From Marsupella aquatica (taxonomy: Eukaryota; Plantae; Marchantiophyta): DNA of 64,000 nucleotides. The notes under the pieces are model-generated. The model worked only from the letters and a program-made list of their open reading frames with translations. It had not been told where the DNA came from and searched no databases. The stretch covers positions 22,519,168-22,583,167 of the forward strand of contig OZ316891.1 in NCBI GenBank assembly GCA_973895155.1, in the 5' to 3' direction. Positions 25,701 to 36,981 of this stretch are shown one piece after another (the first letter of the stretch is position 1; the number at the start of each line of letters is the position of its first letter). The position numbers and the translations under genes were made by a program.

Positions 25701-28700
25701 CAAGTGATGCGCAAAAATCATCGAAAGTAGATGATGTAAACTCCCCCGCATTATCTACGCGCAAAGTCTTAATGGGTTGGTCTGGAAATTGTGCTTTAAG
25801 TCGCAGAATTTGTGTCAAAATTCGGGGAATGATTAAGTTGCGTGTGGAAAGGAGAGTCACATTTGACCATTTTGTTGATGCATCAATTATCCCCATAAAG
25901 TAGCGGAATGGTCCGCTAGGTGGGTTAATAGGGCCGCAAATGTCAACATGTAAAAAGGCTAGGAATTCAGGTATTTTGTTTGGCAATTTGGAAAATGAAG
26001 GTTTAGCAATTAGTTTGCCTTGTGAGCATGCTGAGCATGGCATGGTGATGGCAATGTGGCGAATATTGGTTGGAATGCCTTGAGTATGCTTCTTTATTTT
26101 GTTCAGCATAGATTGGCCAGGGTGGCCTAGGCGTGTATGCCATAGCTTGTTTAAAGGGTTGGATTGAAGTGTATTATATAAGCATTCAATGTGTGTTAGA
26201 TAAAAACCCACATGAGTACGAGAATAAAGTTTCTTTAATGATTTTTCCTAGAGGTGTATCTTCAACAATATGAAGAACCTCTTGGGAATTAGTATTTCCA
26301 GTTTGGACATGGAGTCCATTCGCTCGCAAATCTCTGAAACTTAAAAGGTTTCTAGTGGCTTGTGGTGCATATATGGCTGATTCTATATGTATTTTTGTTC
26401 CTTGAGGTAACCTCAAGGAGGCTGGATCGTAACCCTCTTCTATTTGGTTAGAACCATTTATAGTCATAATTGAATGACTAGAGGGTGTGATTCTATGAAA
26501 TAGTTTTCTATCCCGTAGGATAGAGTGTGTGGTACCGCTATCAATTATGCATGTGCTTAAGCCATCTAGCTCCATTGGTGTAGATGTGGATGCAACTAAG
26601 TGAGTTTCAGGGTTTGCTTCAAAATCCTGAAATGGATCGTGAGATTCCATGAAAGTACCATGGGTCTCGCGTGGTGTGACATCCGATTTTGTCTCCTTAA
26701 GGGAACGCTGATATAGTTCCCTAAGATGTTTCGGGATTCTACAGTTACGAGCAAGATGGTTGCTCATACCACATTGGTGGCATACCATTGGAGATGAGCG
26801 TTGAGATCTCCTAGGTTGGCTGTTTTGCCTATAGTTTCCGCCTTTGTGGTTTCTAGTTAATCTACCACCTCTGGGGTGCTGTTGGTTACGTCCATTGAAT
26901 GGACGGCGTTTAAAGTTTTGTTGTTGTCTATGGTTAAAATAACTCCCCCTATTGGAGTTATTGCTATGTTTTCTGCCTTTACTTTGTTTGGTGGATTTAC
27001 GGTTTGTCTGGCTTGAGGTTTTGTACGGTGTGTGCTTCTGTTAACTGTGTGGTTGCTAAGGTTCCTGCTGGGCGCTTCTTTGAGTTTATTAGCAGTAGTT
27101 GTTGCTGTTGTTCAGCAACCAGTAGGTGTGATAAGAGTTCAGAATATTGCGTAAACTTCATGTTGCGATATTGAGTCGCAAGCACTAGGTTTGTAGAATG
27201 AAAAGTGGATAAGGTCTTTTCTAATAGGTCATCATCGGATGTTGTCTCACCGCATAGGGTAAGGGTAGAGGTTATCCTAAATAGTTCATTATTGTAGGTT
27301 GAGACGGAAGTGAAGTCTTGAACCCTGAGGTTCATCCAGTCTTGTTTGGCTCGAGGTAGCGCCACGAGTTTCTGGTGGTCATACCTCATCTGGAGGGCTA
27401 ACCATAGCTCTCGTGGTGAGGTTAAGTGAAAATATTGCATTTATAGGAATTGGTGTAGGTGTCTTCGGATAAAGACTAATGCCTGAGCCTCTTCGACGTC
27501 TGGCATGTGGGTTTCTATGGCTCGCGAGAGGGATTTGGCTTTCAGATGGGTCTTTATGTCTAAAGACCAGGCAAGGTAGTTACTACCTTCTAATTCTAAA
27601 GCGGGAAATTGCAATTTTTCTAAGTTCGCCATCTCGGAGTGTCTTGAGTGCAGCAGTGATGTGCGTATATAGGTAGTATATATAGTCAAAAGGAAATGCA
27701 CATTTGCCGCATGTAATGGTAGGAGAGGGTTGAGTAAGTGTATGCAAATTAACCTAGGTCGTCGGCAAGTAAAGTGAGAATGATTAGGTTTTTGCGTGAT
27801 TTAGGGTTTGCACTTGATGTGTTGGATTTCTTTGTATTTGGATAAGTGCACACTATCCTTTGTATTTTGGATTTTATGTGTATTCATTGTGCAGTTATGT
27901 AGGTTTGCAGTTAACTCTTTAAGTGCACATAAATACACAGAAAGCAGGAAAGATTTGTTAAATGTTGCACTTAAGGAGGGTAGCGGTTAGGTAATGTATC
28001 TCGCGAGGCGATGGTGCCCCTCTCAATCTGGTTCGCCTCCACCTCCTTCAAGGTCGTGGCTATGGTGATTCAGGAGTTCTTGTGTTTTCTCATACAGGTG
28101 CTTGGCAGCCTCCGTCGTTTAATTCTTCCTCTTGTGCTAACAGCGGATAAGGCCATTGTGACTTCACTTCGGATTGCTTCAACCCGAGTGCTAACCGATA
28201 ATGCTTGACGGAGGTGAAATCTTGAGGTGTCCACTAGATGCTTGGTTCTCCTCAGCAATCGCAGAGAATTTCCTTATGGTTGAATCTTGCTTCCCAGAGT
28301 TTCAAGTTCCTTCAATCTCTTGCTCTTTTGTGTAGCAACACACGAATACTCGTACAGTCGATCCTTGAGCATGTCAGTACTTTCGTTTCAATATTCATCA
28401 CCATATATTTGCGTTGATTGATGATTGATCTTGTCTCAATCTATAAGCCAGGTTCTTTGAAATTATGGGTTCCCGTTCTGAATTTTCAAGTCGATTTTGC
28501 ACGGATTCATTTGAATCGGTTGTTGCTTTGCTCTTTTGTCTTTCTTTCCTGGACCTTCTTCTGCTTCGTGCGTCCTCCCGGTTACGAGGTCGCACTTCTG
28601 TTTCTAACCTTCAAAATCTCTAAGTCACAAATCCCTGAGGTTGGTCCCGCAAATTTCATAGTGTTTCTGGTAGAAATTCAATCCAAATTGTCTCATTCAA

Positions 28701-29080
28701 GTAATTCTGCTTGCAAATGTCACACAAACTTGAGCAACTAGGGAGGCTGGCAGTATAGCCAGTGTCAATTTCTTTGTTTGCCGTTTGGAGAAACGCAAAG
28801 CAACATTACGAGCAATAGCCATGACATAGAATCATGTTGATTTCTCATATCAATTCTTCAGGGCTCTTTTCTGCTCGTTCAAGTCATTTCTGTGGTGACA
28901 TTGCAATCTTCTCAGCCATTCTCAGCCGGATCAGCGTACGTGCTGATAACGTGTTGATGAATGTTAGAAATGAGAATGAATCGTATCCTTTCACTGAATT
29001 GGTAGTATATGGATACATGGTATGGTTGGGGTTAAGATAACCCAAGTTTATATTACCCTAGTTATGGGTAGAGTCTAACA
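22778..29080 (-). mobile_element. Full-length Ty1/copia LTR retrotransposon, Bianca-like, internally decayed
   Basis: 129-bp TG...CA LTRs at 22778-22906 and 28952-29080 (3 mismatches); 5-bp TSD GAGAC; PPT TCAAGGGGGAG next to the left LTR; PBS-position sequence CGTTATCAGCACG, as recalled for the Bianca lineage; domain order gag-PR-IN-RT-RH. Confidence 0.95.
23192..27632 (-). pseudogene. Disrupted copia gag-pol polyprotein
   Basis: Gag MANLEKLQFPALELEGSNYLAW, zinc knuckle CHQCGMSNHLARNC, protease IIDSGTT, integrase HVDICGP/RVDNAGEF, RT LYGLKQSGR/YVDD, RNase H GYADA/ADLFTK. Stops at ~27441 and ~25393; frameshifts at ~27010, ~26200 and ~23900. Confidence 0.9.
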
Positions 29081-29802
29081 GAGACTACAGTAGTTGAGTG
29101 TAACAATTTTGCAAACTTCGTATTGGCATTTCGCAATTTGAGAGAAACTCACATCTAATTTCTCCCTTTATTTTTATTTTTAAGTTTTAGTTTTTTTTGG
29201 TTTGAATAGAAATGTTAAGTTCAAACAACTGACGCCGAGTTAGAAAGGGGCCCTCTTTTGTTAGTTGGATCAGACAATGAAGAAAAGTTCTAGACATAAA
29301 ATTGACCATTAAGATCCATGAAAGCAAGTAATTGATGGACCAATTAAGATTCATGACCAAGGCCACTTCATTGATGAAAGGTGCAGAAATGGGGCAAGAG
29401 CTTACAACAGTTTAAAATAATTTGATACAGTCATTGTAGTTTACTCTCTAAGCCTAACCTTTTAAGCCAAACATCCTAAATCATATTGTCTCCTTTCACC
29501 AACCAGTGAAAATTAAGACTCACTAATATGATTACTTGGTATTCGTTGACCACTAGGTTGGAAAGGTGGGGAAGTTGATTGACCTTGGTGGGTGTGTCCA
29601 CTTACATTCTGGGGCCAAGGGCGTCGAATGCTGGCCTTGGCAGTCGTAAATGGAGGGCCAGGGCATTGGGGTGTTGCAACCTGGACATGGTGGGGGTTCC
29701 AAAACTGGGTTGTACAGGCTGCTCCCAAAAAAGTATTTCAGGCCAGACCGGATTAGCTGTTGGGTGGACTGCTCTTACACTGGGCAGGACTGCTCTTACA
29801 TC

Positions 29803-30305
29803 TTAAAACACCACTAGCCATGACAAAACCTAGATCCACCAGGGTTTCACCATTCATTGTAATTTTTTACCTGAAACAAATTGGCACGGGAGAGGAATGC
29901 ATGAGTGGAATGTGAGAAGAGGGGGCCACCTCGGACACTTCCTTTCAAATTGGCACAGGAGAGGAATGTAGTGAGTGCAATGTGGAAAGGGGGCAGTCTT
30001 GGACACTTCCTCTTATGCATGGTTAGTGGCAGTTTAAAACACATGCTCGAAGTAAAGTGCTCATAGCTGGTCCTGATAGCCACTGGGCTCTTACACCTTA
30101 AACCGCCACTAGCCATGCAATGTCCAAGATTTCCCCATTTTTCACTTTCCACTCATTCTTCTCCTCTCATCTTCCAAATTGCTTGACACATTCAAGAAAG
30201 GATACTATTTATGGTGATTATTTATGGTTACAAATTCAAGAATGGTGATTATTTATGGTGAAACCTGGTGTAACCCGTTTTTTGCCATGGCTAGTGGTGT
30301 TTTAA
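29803..30305. mobile_element. MITE-like element with ~50-bp imperfect TIRs
   Basis: ttaaaacaccactagccatgacaaaa versus ttttgccatggctagtggtgttttaa; inner arms ccagggtttcacca / tggtgaaacctgg; related fragment at ~49495-49670. Confidence 0.6.
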
Positions 30306-31087
30306 AACACACATAGGGGTCATGGTAGTACAAGGGCGACAGAAGTCGGAGGTGTTTTAAAACACACATAGGGGTCATGGTCCCACAAGGGCTACAGATT
30401 TGGGAAAAAGGGTGACGCAATTAGATGGGAGGAAAATCTTAGGCGAGGGCCATTTCTTTGCCAAACTTTTGTATAATTAGCCAACAGGAATCGAAGTAAG
30501 GGTTCGGTTGTGTGCATCACGAAGCGCTTCTTAAAATATTCATTTGTCAAAATGCCAAGAACAAATGGCAAGTCTGGGGATCCCCCATTTGTCGACATCT
30601 AGGGGGCTCACTAGGACTGGCTAGAACTCACTCCCAGCTCTTGTGCTGCATTGTTCTGCCAGTTTTCTCTCTTTGAGATGTGCTCGTAATTGATCACAAA
30701 AACACACCAATGTATAAGAAAAGGGATGGAATGAAAGAAGGAATGCAAGCATTTACAAGTAGATTGAATTAGAGAATGAAGGATTCTTTCTTCTGTGTCG
30801 TCTTAAGGATCAGCTTGACATTTCCCATTCAATTTGTAACATCAGCCATTGCGTTCTGGAAGAACAATTCCTCTTCTTCTTGGATTGATAGTTGGTAGAG
30901 ACACTGCAGGATATTTCTGCTGAGCAAAATGGGACGAGTGACAAAACGATGTAGGGGCATTGAGGAACCGATTCTTAACCTAAATAAGGTTCAGATGGGT
31001 TGCACAACCACTTGCTATCTGCAAAATGTGTCTCTTCTCGCGTTCATCTCTTCAACTCTACTGAGCTCTACTGAGGGAGAACTATTA

Positions 31088-32689
31088 CTAAAAACGACCT
31101 TGAGTGGCAACTTCTGGTATAGCCTGCCTGCCTCCAGGTGCTGCTGCATAGGGACCTTTCCTTGCTGCCGTTTCTAGCTTCGTCAGAACTTCTGCTGGGA
31201 ATTGATCTCCCCTTAGGCTTCCCGCAGCTAAAGCACTTGCAACAGCGACACAGCAGGAATGCCGCCACTCCATCCCTTCTTTTAGAGGCTCCGTCTTTGG
31301 ATCCACGAGAACATCGATCAAAGCTTTATGAGAGCAGATCTCCCATAAAATCCAAGATCTTGCAACCAAAGCCCCAATAAATCTGTAGGCCGCCACTCGT
31401 ATTTCCGGAGCTTGTTTCAGCAATGACCACAGTAAGTCTGCAGGTGTTCGACTGGCTATTCCACCAGTTACAGAATATATCAAATTCCGAAGTGAGGACT
31501 CAGCTGATTCGTTCAACAAAGGGGACATGTCCGTTCTTTCAGAACCACACAGTGATGCCAAAGCATGAAGAGCTGCCAGCTGTATACCACCTCCATGTTG
31601 TCTGAAAGCTGCCTCCACAACATGGCGTGCAACTGGGTCACTACTGCTAAGCAGAAGTTCTGCTCCTCGAGCAGATATTCCTATCTGCCCAAGAGCATCA
31701 AGAGCAACTTCTTGCTCATTCAGATTCACATCTGCTGAATCCTCATCACTCGATTTCAAATATTGAAGGTTCTTGTCAATAGCAATGACAATACCACTAG
31801 CATCTGAATCAGTTAGAGGTGACGCTATCAAATGAAACGATGACAAAAGTCGGGCTCCTACAATCATAGCACGTGAGCGCACCAGAGAGTCTATGGAGGG
31901 ATATTCTATTGTAGCAGCAAGATGTCCAATCAAGTTTCCTGTCAAGAGAAACCTTGCACCATTCGGGGTCTCTGAGACCTCCGCAAGAAGCTCCAAGGCA
32001 TTGATTTGCGAGAGTATATCATTGGAGTTACTTAATTCATCTTCTAGCGATTTCAAGATGCCTGCTTGTTGAATTGCAGCAGCAGCTGCGTCTGACAGAC
32101 CAAAGATCTTCGCAGCTATTGACAAAGCACGAATTCTGACCAAAGCAGACTCATGAGAAGCCATTTCTTTAAGCTGCACGGCTCCGGCTCCTCGGTCCAT
32201 GAAGATGAGTTCAAGTCCATTCGGGGCCTTTGCAAGGTCAGCCACTGCATTCCCTGCTGCGGCTGCGACACTCGCATCCCCATCAGCAACTGCGTAGATC
32301 AGGGGCGACACAGCATCCGACTGTGCAAGAATCTGAACTGCAGAGCCATCACCTTGATGACTCTCCAACAGCTTCGCTATCGCAAAGCAAGTAAGCCGTC
32401 GTACAAGCGGCGACGAAGCACTGAACCCTACCACTGCATATGGCAAAGCATACGGAAGAAGCGTCGATCCATAAGAATTGCTGAAAATCTTCTCAAGACA
32501 AGAGGTCACAGCGCTCTCCAGGCCCGGAACGTCCGACCCCCTGTCCAACGCACTGAAGATCACCTGCAGCGGAAACTGCTCCAGAAATTGCTGCGTCGCG
32601 TGGTCCGAAGGAATGCCCGGATACGCAGCGAAATGGGACGCCGCGGCAGCGAGAAGCGGAAAGTCGACGAGCGGACCCCCCTGCCCCAT
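31088..32689 (-). CDS. PSMD5: 26S proteasome non-ATPase regulatory subunit 5 (S5b/Hsm3-like ARM-repeat chaperone), intronless, 533 aa
   Basis: Single 1602-nt ORF. N-terminus LLAAAASHFAAYPG..SD...QFLEQFPL, VRIRAL, DIL..NALELL, C-terminus EGMEWRHSCC...AARKGPY...IPEVAT, all typical of plant PSMD5 homologues; helical-repeat composition. Confidence 0.82.
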   Translation of the reverse strand: MGQGGPLVDFPLLAAAASHFAAYPGIPSDHATQQFLEQFPLQVIFSALDRGSDVPGLESAVTSCLEKIFSNSYGSTLLPYALPYAVVGFSASSPLVRRLTCFAIAKLLESHQGDGSAVQILAQSDAVSPLIYAVADGDASVAAAAGNAVADLAKAPNGLELIFMDRGAGAVQLKEMASHESALVRIRALSIAAKIFGLSDAAAAAIQQAGILKSLEDELSNSNDILSQINALELLAEVSETPNGARFLLTGNLIGHLAATIEYPSIDSLVRSRAMIVGARLLSSFHLIASPLTDSDASGIVIAIDKNLQYLKSSDEDSADVNLNEQEVALDALGQIGISARGAELLLSSSDPVARHVVEAAFRQHGGGIQLAALHALASLCGSERTDMSPLLNESAESSLRNLIYSVTGGIASRTPADLLWSLLKQAPEIRVAAYRFIGALVARSWILWEICSHKALIDVLVDPKTEPLKEGMEWRHSCCVAVASALAAGSLRGDQFPAEVLTKLETAARKGPYAAAPGGRQAIPEVATQGRF

Positions 32690-33319
32690 TAATAGAAGGC
32701 AGTGACCTCGTTTGCAGGATCAGCTCGTCGATTTCTTGGCCAAATTGGATATAGCAAAAGCTCTGTTCCGTCGAAGGATGCGTCGCGAGGAAAGCCCCAA
32801 CTCCTTTCGGGACACAACGAACACAGAGTCCTTCGAACGCAGAGTTTCGACAAAGACACGAGCTTATTACTTCTTCTTCTTCTTCTTCTAGGGATTCCGT
32901 AGAGCATTATTTACGAGACAAGTAACAACTTACTGCACCGTACTCACTCTACCTCGGGTCAGGTTAGCAGAGGGGGCTTACTCTTCCTCGGGTCACCGTA
33001 CTCCACAGTTTAGGTTTTTCCCAAACTTTCTACTCGCGTCCTTCAAATCAAAACTGACAATTTGATGTACTTTAAATCCCTGGTTAGGGGTTATGGCCGC
33101 AAAAGTTAAATTCATAGTCCGTAACTTTTTGCCATGCATGAGTATTGGTTGTATGCCATTACCATTAGTCACTGTAGAGGCTGGTGACAGAATGTTTTTT
33201 ACACAACCTTGTGAAAAAGTTATGACCATTCTTTTACAGCCAAATGCCATCATCCAAACTTTCTAACCTTTGAGAGGCCCACCTGTAGTTTTTGCTCTCT
33301 TCTTTTGAGTTTTGTGTTG

Positions 33320-34030
33320 ACTCCTATCTGGACCTCTTTTTGTCTTATTTCTATTGTACCTTGTTTGGCACATAGTTTCGGGCTTACACTTGTCCTCTTC
33401 TTCTTTTGAGTTTCGTGTTTGTCTTCCTCTCTGGACCTCTTTTGTATTTATTCTATTGGACCTCGTTTGGCACATAGTTTGGGGCATACACTTGTCCTCT
33501 TCTTCTTTTGAGTTTCGTGTTTGTCTTCCTATCTGGACCTCTTTTGTATTTAATCTATGGGGACTTGTTTGGCACTTGGTTTGGGGTTTACATTTGCCCT
33601 CTTCTTTATACATATCTCTATCTATATATATATATATATATGTCTTTCGTCTTTTGAGTTTAGTGTTTGTATTCTGTGGACCTCGTTTGCTTCTATTCTA
33701 GTGTACTCTGCTTGGCACTTTTTGGGGGTTCACATGTGCCCTCGTCTTTTTAGTTGAGTGTTTGTCTTATCTGGACCTCGTTTGGTTTTATTCTAGTGTG
33801 ATTTGTTTGGCACTTTTGGGGGTTTACACGTGCCCTATTCTTTTGAGTTGAGTGTTTGCCTTATGTGAACCTCTTTCCTTGGAATTTTTTTTTTTCCTTG
33901 GAATTATGTGAACCTCTTTAGCTTTTATTAGTGTACTTTGTTTGACACTTTTGGGGGGGGTTACATTAGAGTTTGGTGTTTGTCCTGTCTAGATCTCTTT
34001 TGTACTGTCGTTGTTTGGCCCTTTGTCCAC
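33320..34030. repeat. Degenerate ~102-bp tandem repeat array interrupted by a (TA)n tract
   Basis: Unit ctggacctcttttgt...gtttggcac...tttgagtt recurs every ~100 bp (seen as a 34-aa periodicity in ORF 33263..33613); TA run at ~33623-33641. Confidence 0.8.
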
Positions 34031-34403
34031 CTAACTGTCTTTTGAGGGTGGTCTTGGTCACTTTTGTTCTCTTTTGTGCTTTGTTTGGCCCTTTCCCCAC
34101 CTAACTCTACGCCACTGTAATAGTTGGGCCTTTCTCTACCCTTCTTTCCAGACATTTGGTCTACCGCCTTTTCATGTAGAGGTGGCAAAAAGAGCTGTTT
34201 TAGATTCACCCCTCCCCTCTCTACATTTCACCCCGTACAGATTCACACAGTAGGAGATTAGGGTAGAGATTTTTAGTTTTTTCTTTTGACTTTTGTTTTG
34301 TTCTGTTTGAAGACGGTGGGCTTTGAAGGAAGGAGAGGTAAATGCCTGGATTTCAGTAGAGATTCTCAAAATCTCCAGGAATTTCGAGGATAAAAACAAA
34401 CTG

Positions 34404-35264
34404 ATTAGTAGCTCCCATTGTCTCCCACATCAGTTTTTACCGCCTCCCTAGTGTATGACCGCAACAGCACTATATGTTCACTACAGTTAGAAGGTGTAGT
34501 TGATGATAGGGGAGCAAATAAATATATATAAAAGTCTACATATCTTTGTGTGAGCTCTAGGTTGCATGGGTTTAAATAAATAAATAAATCTGACTGGTTG
34601 AGTTTGGCCTTGGTTTGTTTAGATGTTGCCTGGGTATAGGGTTATCATTCAAAGAGGTACACTAGTTAGGTGCCAAGTATATGTCAGTACTTAGCTCAGC
34701 ACCTGTTTAGGTCAGCTGGAGTGCAACTTAACTAGGATTAATGGTTGCTATGGTTAGACTAGTGGAGAGAGCCTATACCGTGGAGGAGCAATTCATTACT
34801 TAATTAGTGATCATTCTTCAAGAGTTGAAGCCTGGAGGGAAAGAAGAGGATTGGGTCATAGATAGCTTGTGGATTGCCAAGCTTTGGCGGATGCATAGTG
34901 TGAGTGCATAGTGAATTTTGTTTCTTGGTCATGGACCAGGTCTAGGCTGGGTGAAAGAAGTCTGTGTCACAGATTGATTGTATGTTGTACACTAGTTCCA
35001 TGTGACATTGTGCTGTCTGATTTTATCTCAACAATCTGAACATCTTTGTGTGCCTGGGTTAAAGATCTCCTCTCACTATTGGGGTAGTACACACCTCTTG
35101 CCTGTGGCCTAAGAATCCAAAATGGTTTTCCCTTTCTGCCAACTTTGGTTTCCTTTTTTGATGCAGGTTCTTTGCGCCTCCAATCCCTCAAGACAAAGAA
35201 AGAAACCTATGGGGAAACCGATTCAATGGAGTGACTGATGTGGGAGACAATGGGAGCTACTAAT
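34404..35264. mobile_element. Non-autonomous DNA transposon (861 bp) with perfect 31-bp TIRs and 3-bp TSD (PIF/Harbinger-like)
   Basis: ATTAGTAGCTCCCATTGTCTCCCACATCAGT ... ACTGATGTGGGAGACAATGGGAGCTACTAAT, flanked by CTG on both sides; no transposase ORF. Confidence 0.82.
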
Positions 35265-36981
35265 CTGCAAGCAAATATACTGTAGTTCTCTTGGCTAAAT
35301 GGTCTGTGATTTGCTGAGAAGGCTTTCATTTAAGGCGTACACGACCTGCATCTCAAGATGAATAGAATTATTAGTAAAACTCATCTGTGAAACACAAAAC
35401 TGGACATAATTTACCAAAAGGGCCAAACAAAGCACAATGAAGGGAACGCAACAGAGATCCAAAAGAGAAACACCAAACACCAATGAAGAGGCATATGCAA
35501 CCCCCCCAATCTCGAAACATCTCTTCTTATTATTTGTCTTATATAGAGAGGGATTTGTTACCTGGACAACGATCTTTCACACGAGTAACGGAGTGAATGT
35601 TTAGGGTTTACAAATGAAATTTAGGGACATATCTATTTTATGAATAGCTCTATCTAAGTAATCGTTTGTCCTTTTTTTCTGTGATGTGAGGGATCTTTTA
35701 TGCCTCATTGTCTCAATTTTAATTACTCTTCGATTTACTTTGGTTCTGAGGTCAGAGAGACAGGATCACTCTCTTGGTGCACAGTTATTCAATGATACGA
35801 GAGACTGCATAGTTGTTCAATGATGCGAGAGACTCAAACACAGATTAGAGAAAGCGATTACGCTAGATGACCAACATCAGGTGCAGACGCCTACATTATA
35901 AACAATTTCATTGCAGACATTTTTTGTTCTCTTATGTCCCACTGACAGTCCCTGGCCTCCTTGAATTCATTCATAATTAAGTCCGACAATTTGCGACTTA
36001 AACTACCAGCACTTTATAAGGGGCAGTGTCCAACCTTTTATTAACATCAGTTCCTGTGCGTGGGTGTTACTCCAGACTGTGTAGGCCAGATCTTACGCGA
36101 TGGAGCTTCCCTGGCATTCATCCTCAACAAAACTGGGTATGGTTAAGGAAGATTACCTTTAAGTTTTCAAAAGAGAGCTTTGCTCGGCAAGAAAACGACC
36201 CACGACTGCCCCAAATGTGCTATGGACTACACAGTCTAACGGGTGGCAAGCATGAATGGTCTACCACGTGCTGACACTTGAGAACATAAAAGCGATAGCC
36301 TGCACCACACACCTTAAGAAACAACACTACTATCGGAAACAAACCTGGGTTCCTCGTAGATTTTATTTCATTACCCATGTCCAATGTTAGAACATTGTGT
36401 TATCAACCCCAACAATAGAGGCTTCCGTCGTTGTTGACATCACTAAGACTATGTTTGCCTCAAATTCAGCAGAATAGACAAAAACAAGAAGAAAATTGCG
36501 TACACAGGCAAAGGAGGTGACTTTCGCTGTATCCTTGAGCTAGGAAAACCTACTACAGCTTAGGATGTACCACATTTCCTGCTCTTGCACAACAGTAATC
36601 ATTCGTCCACATTTGAATTGAATCCTCCAAAGGCGGAAACGCAACAGAATTTATTGAACTTCACGAATTTCCTTCAAGAGGGCATCCTTCAATCCGCCAG
36701 AATGCGTACATAATCTCAAGCACTTATTTTGCCTAAGACAGTGGAGATTCAAAGTTGGTACTTTGACTGATCAGAAACAATGATAAGCTCAACAACTGCA
36801 GACCAGAACTGATGAGCTGCACGACCTATAAAAACATTCAGCTCTACAAATGAGGAACCATCAGCTTCCTCACTCTTGGAGGCTGATTTGTGCGAAAAAC
36901 CAACAATAACTTGTTGTTGGACTACACAGGAACTGAAACCTGTACATTATCAGAGACGACAGTTGCTATTGTGGAACTGAA

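Noticed and set aside
33263-33701. ORFs with 34-aa periodic repeats on both strands
   Set aside because: By-product of the ~102-bp DNA tandem repeat; neighbouring copies have indels that break the frame.
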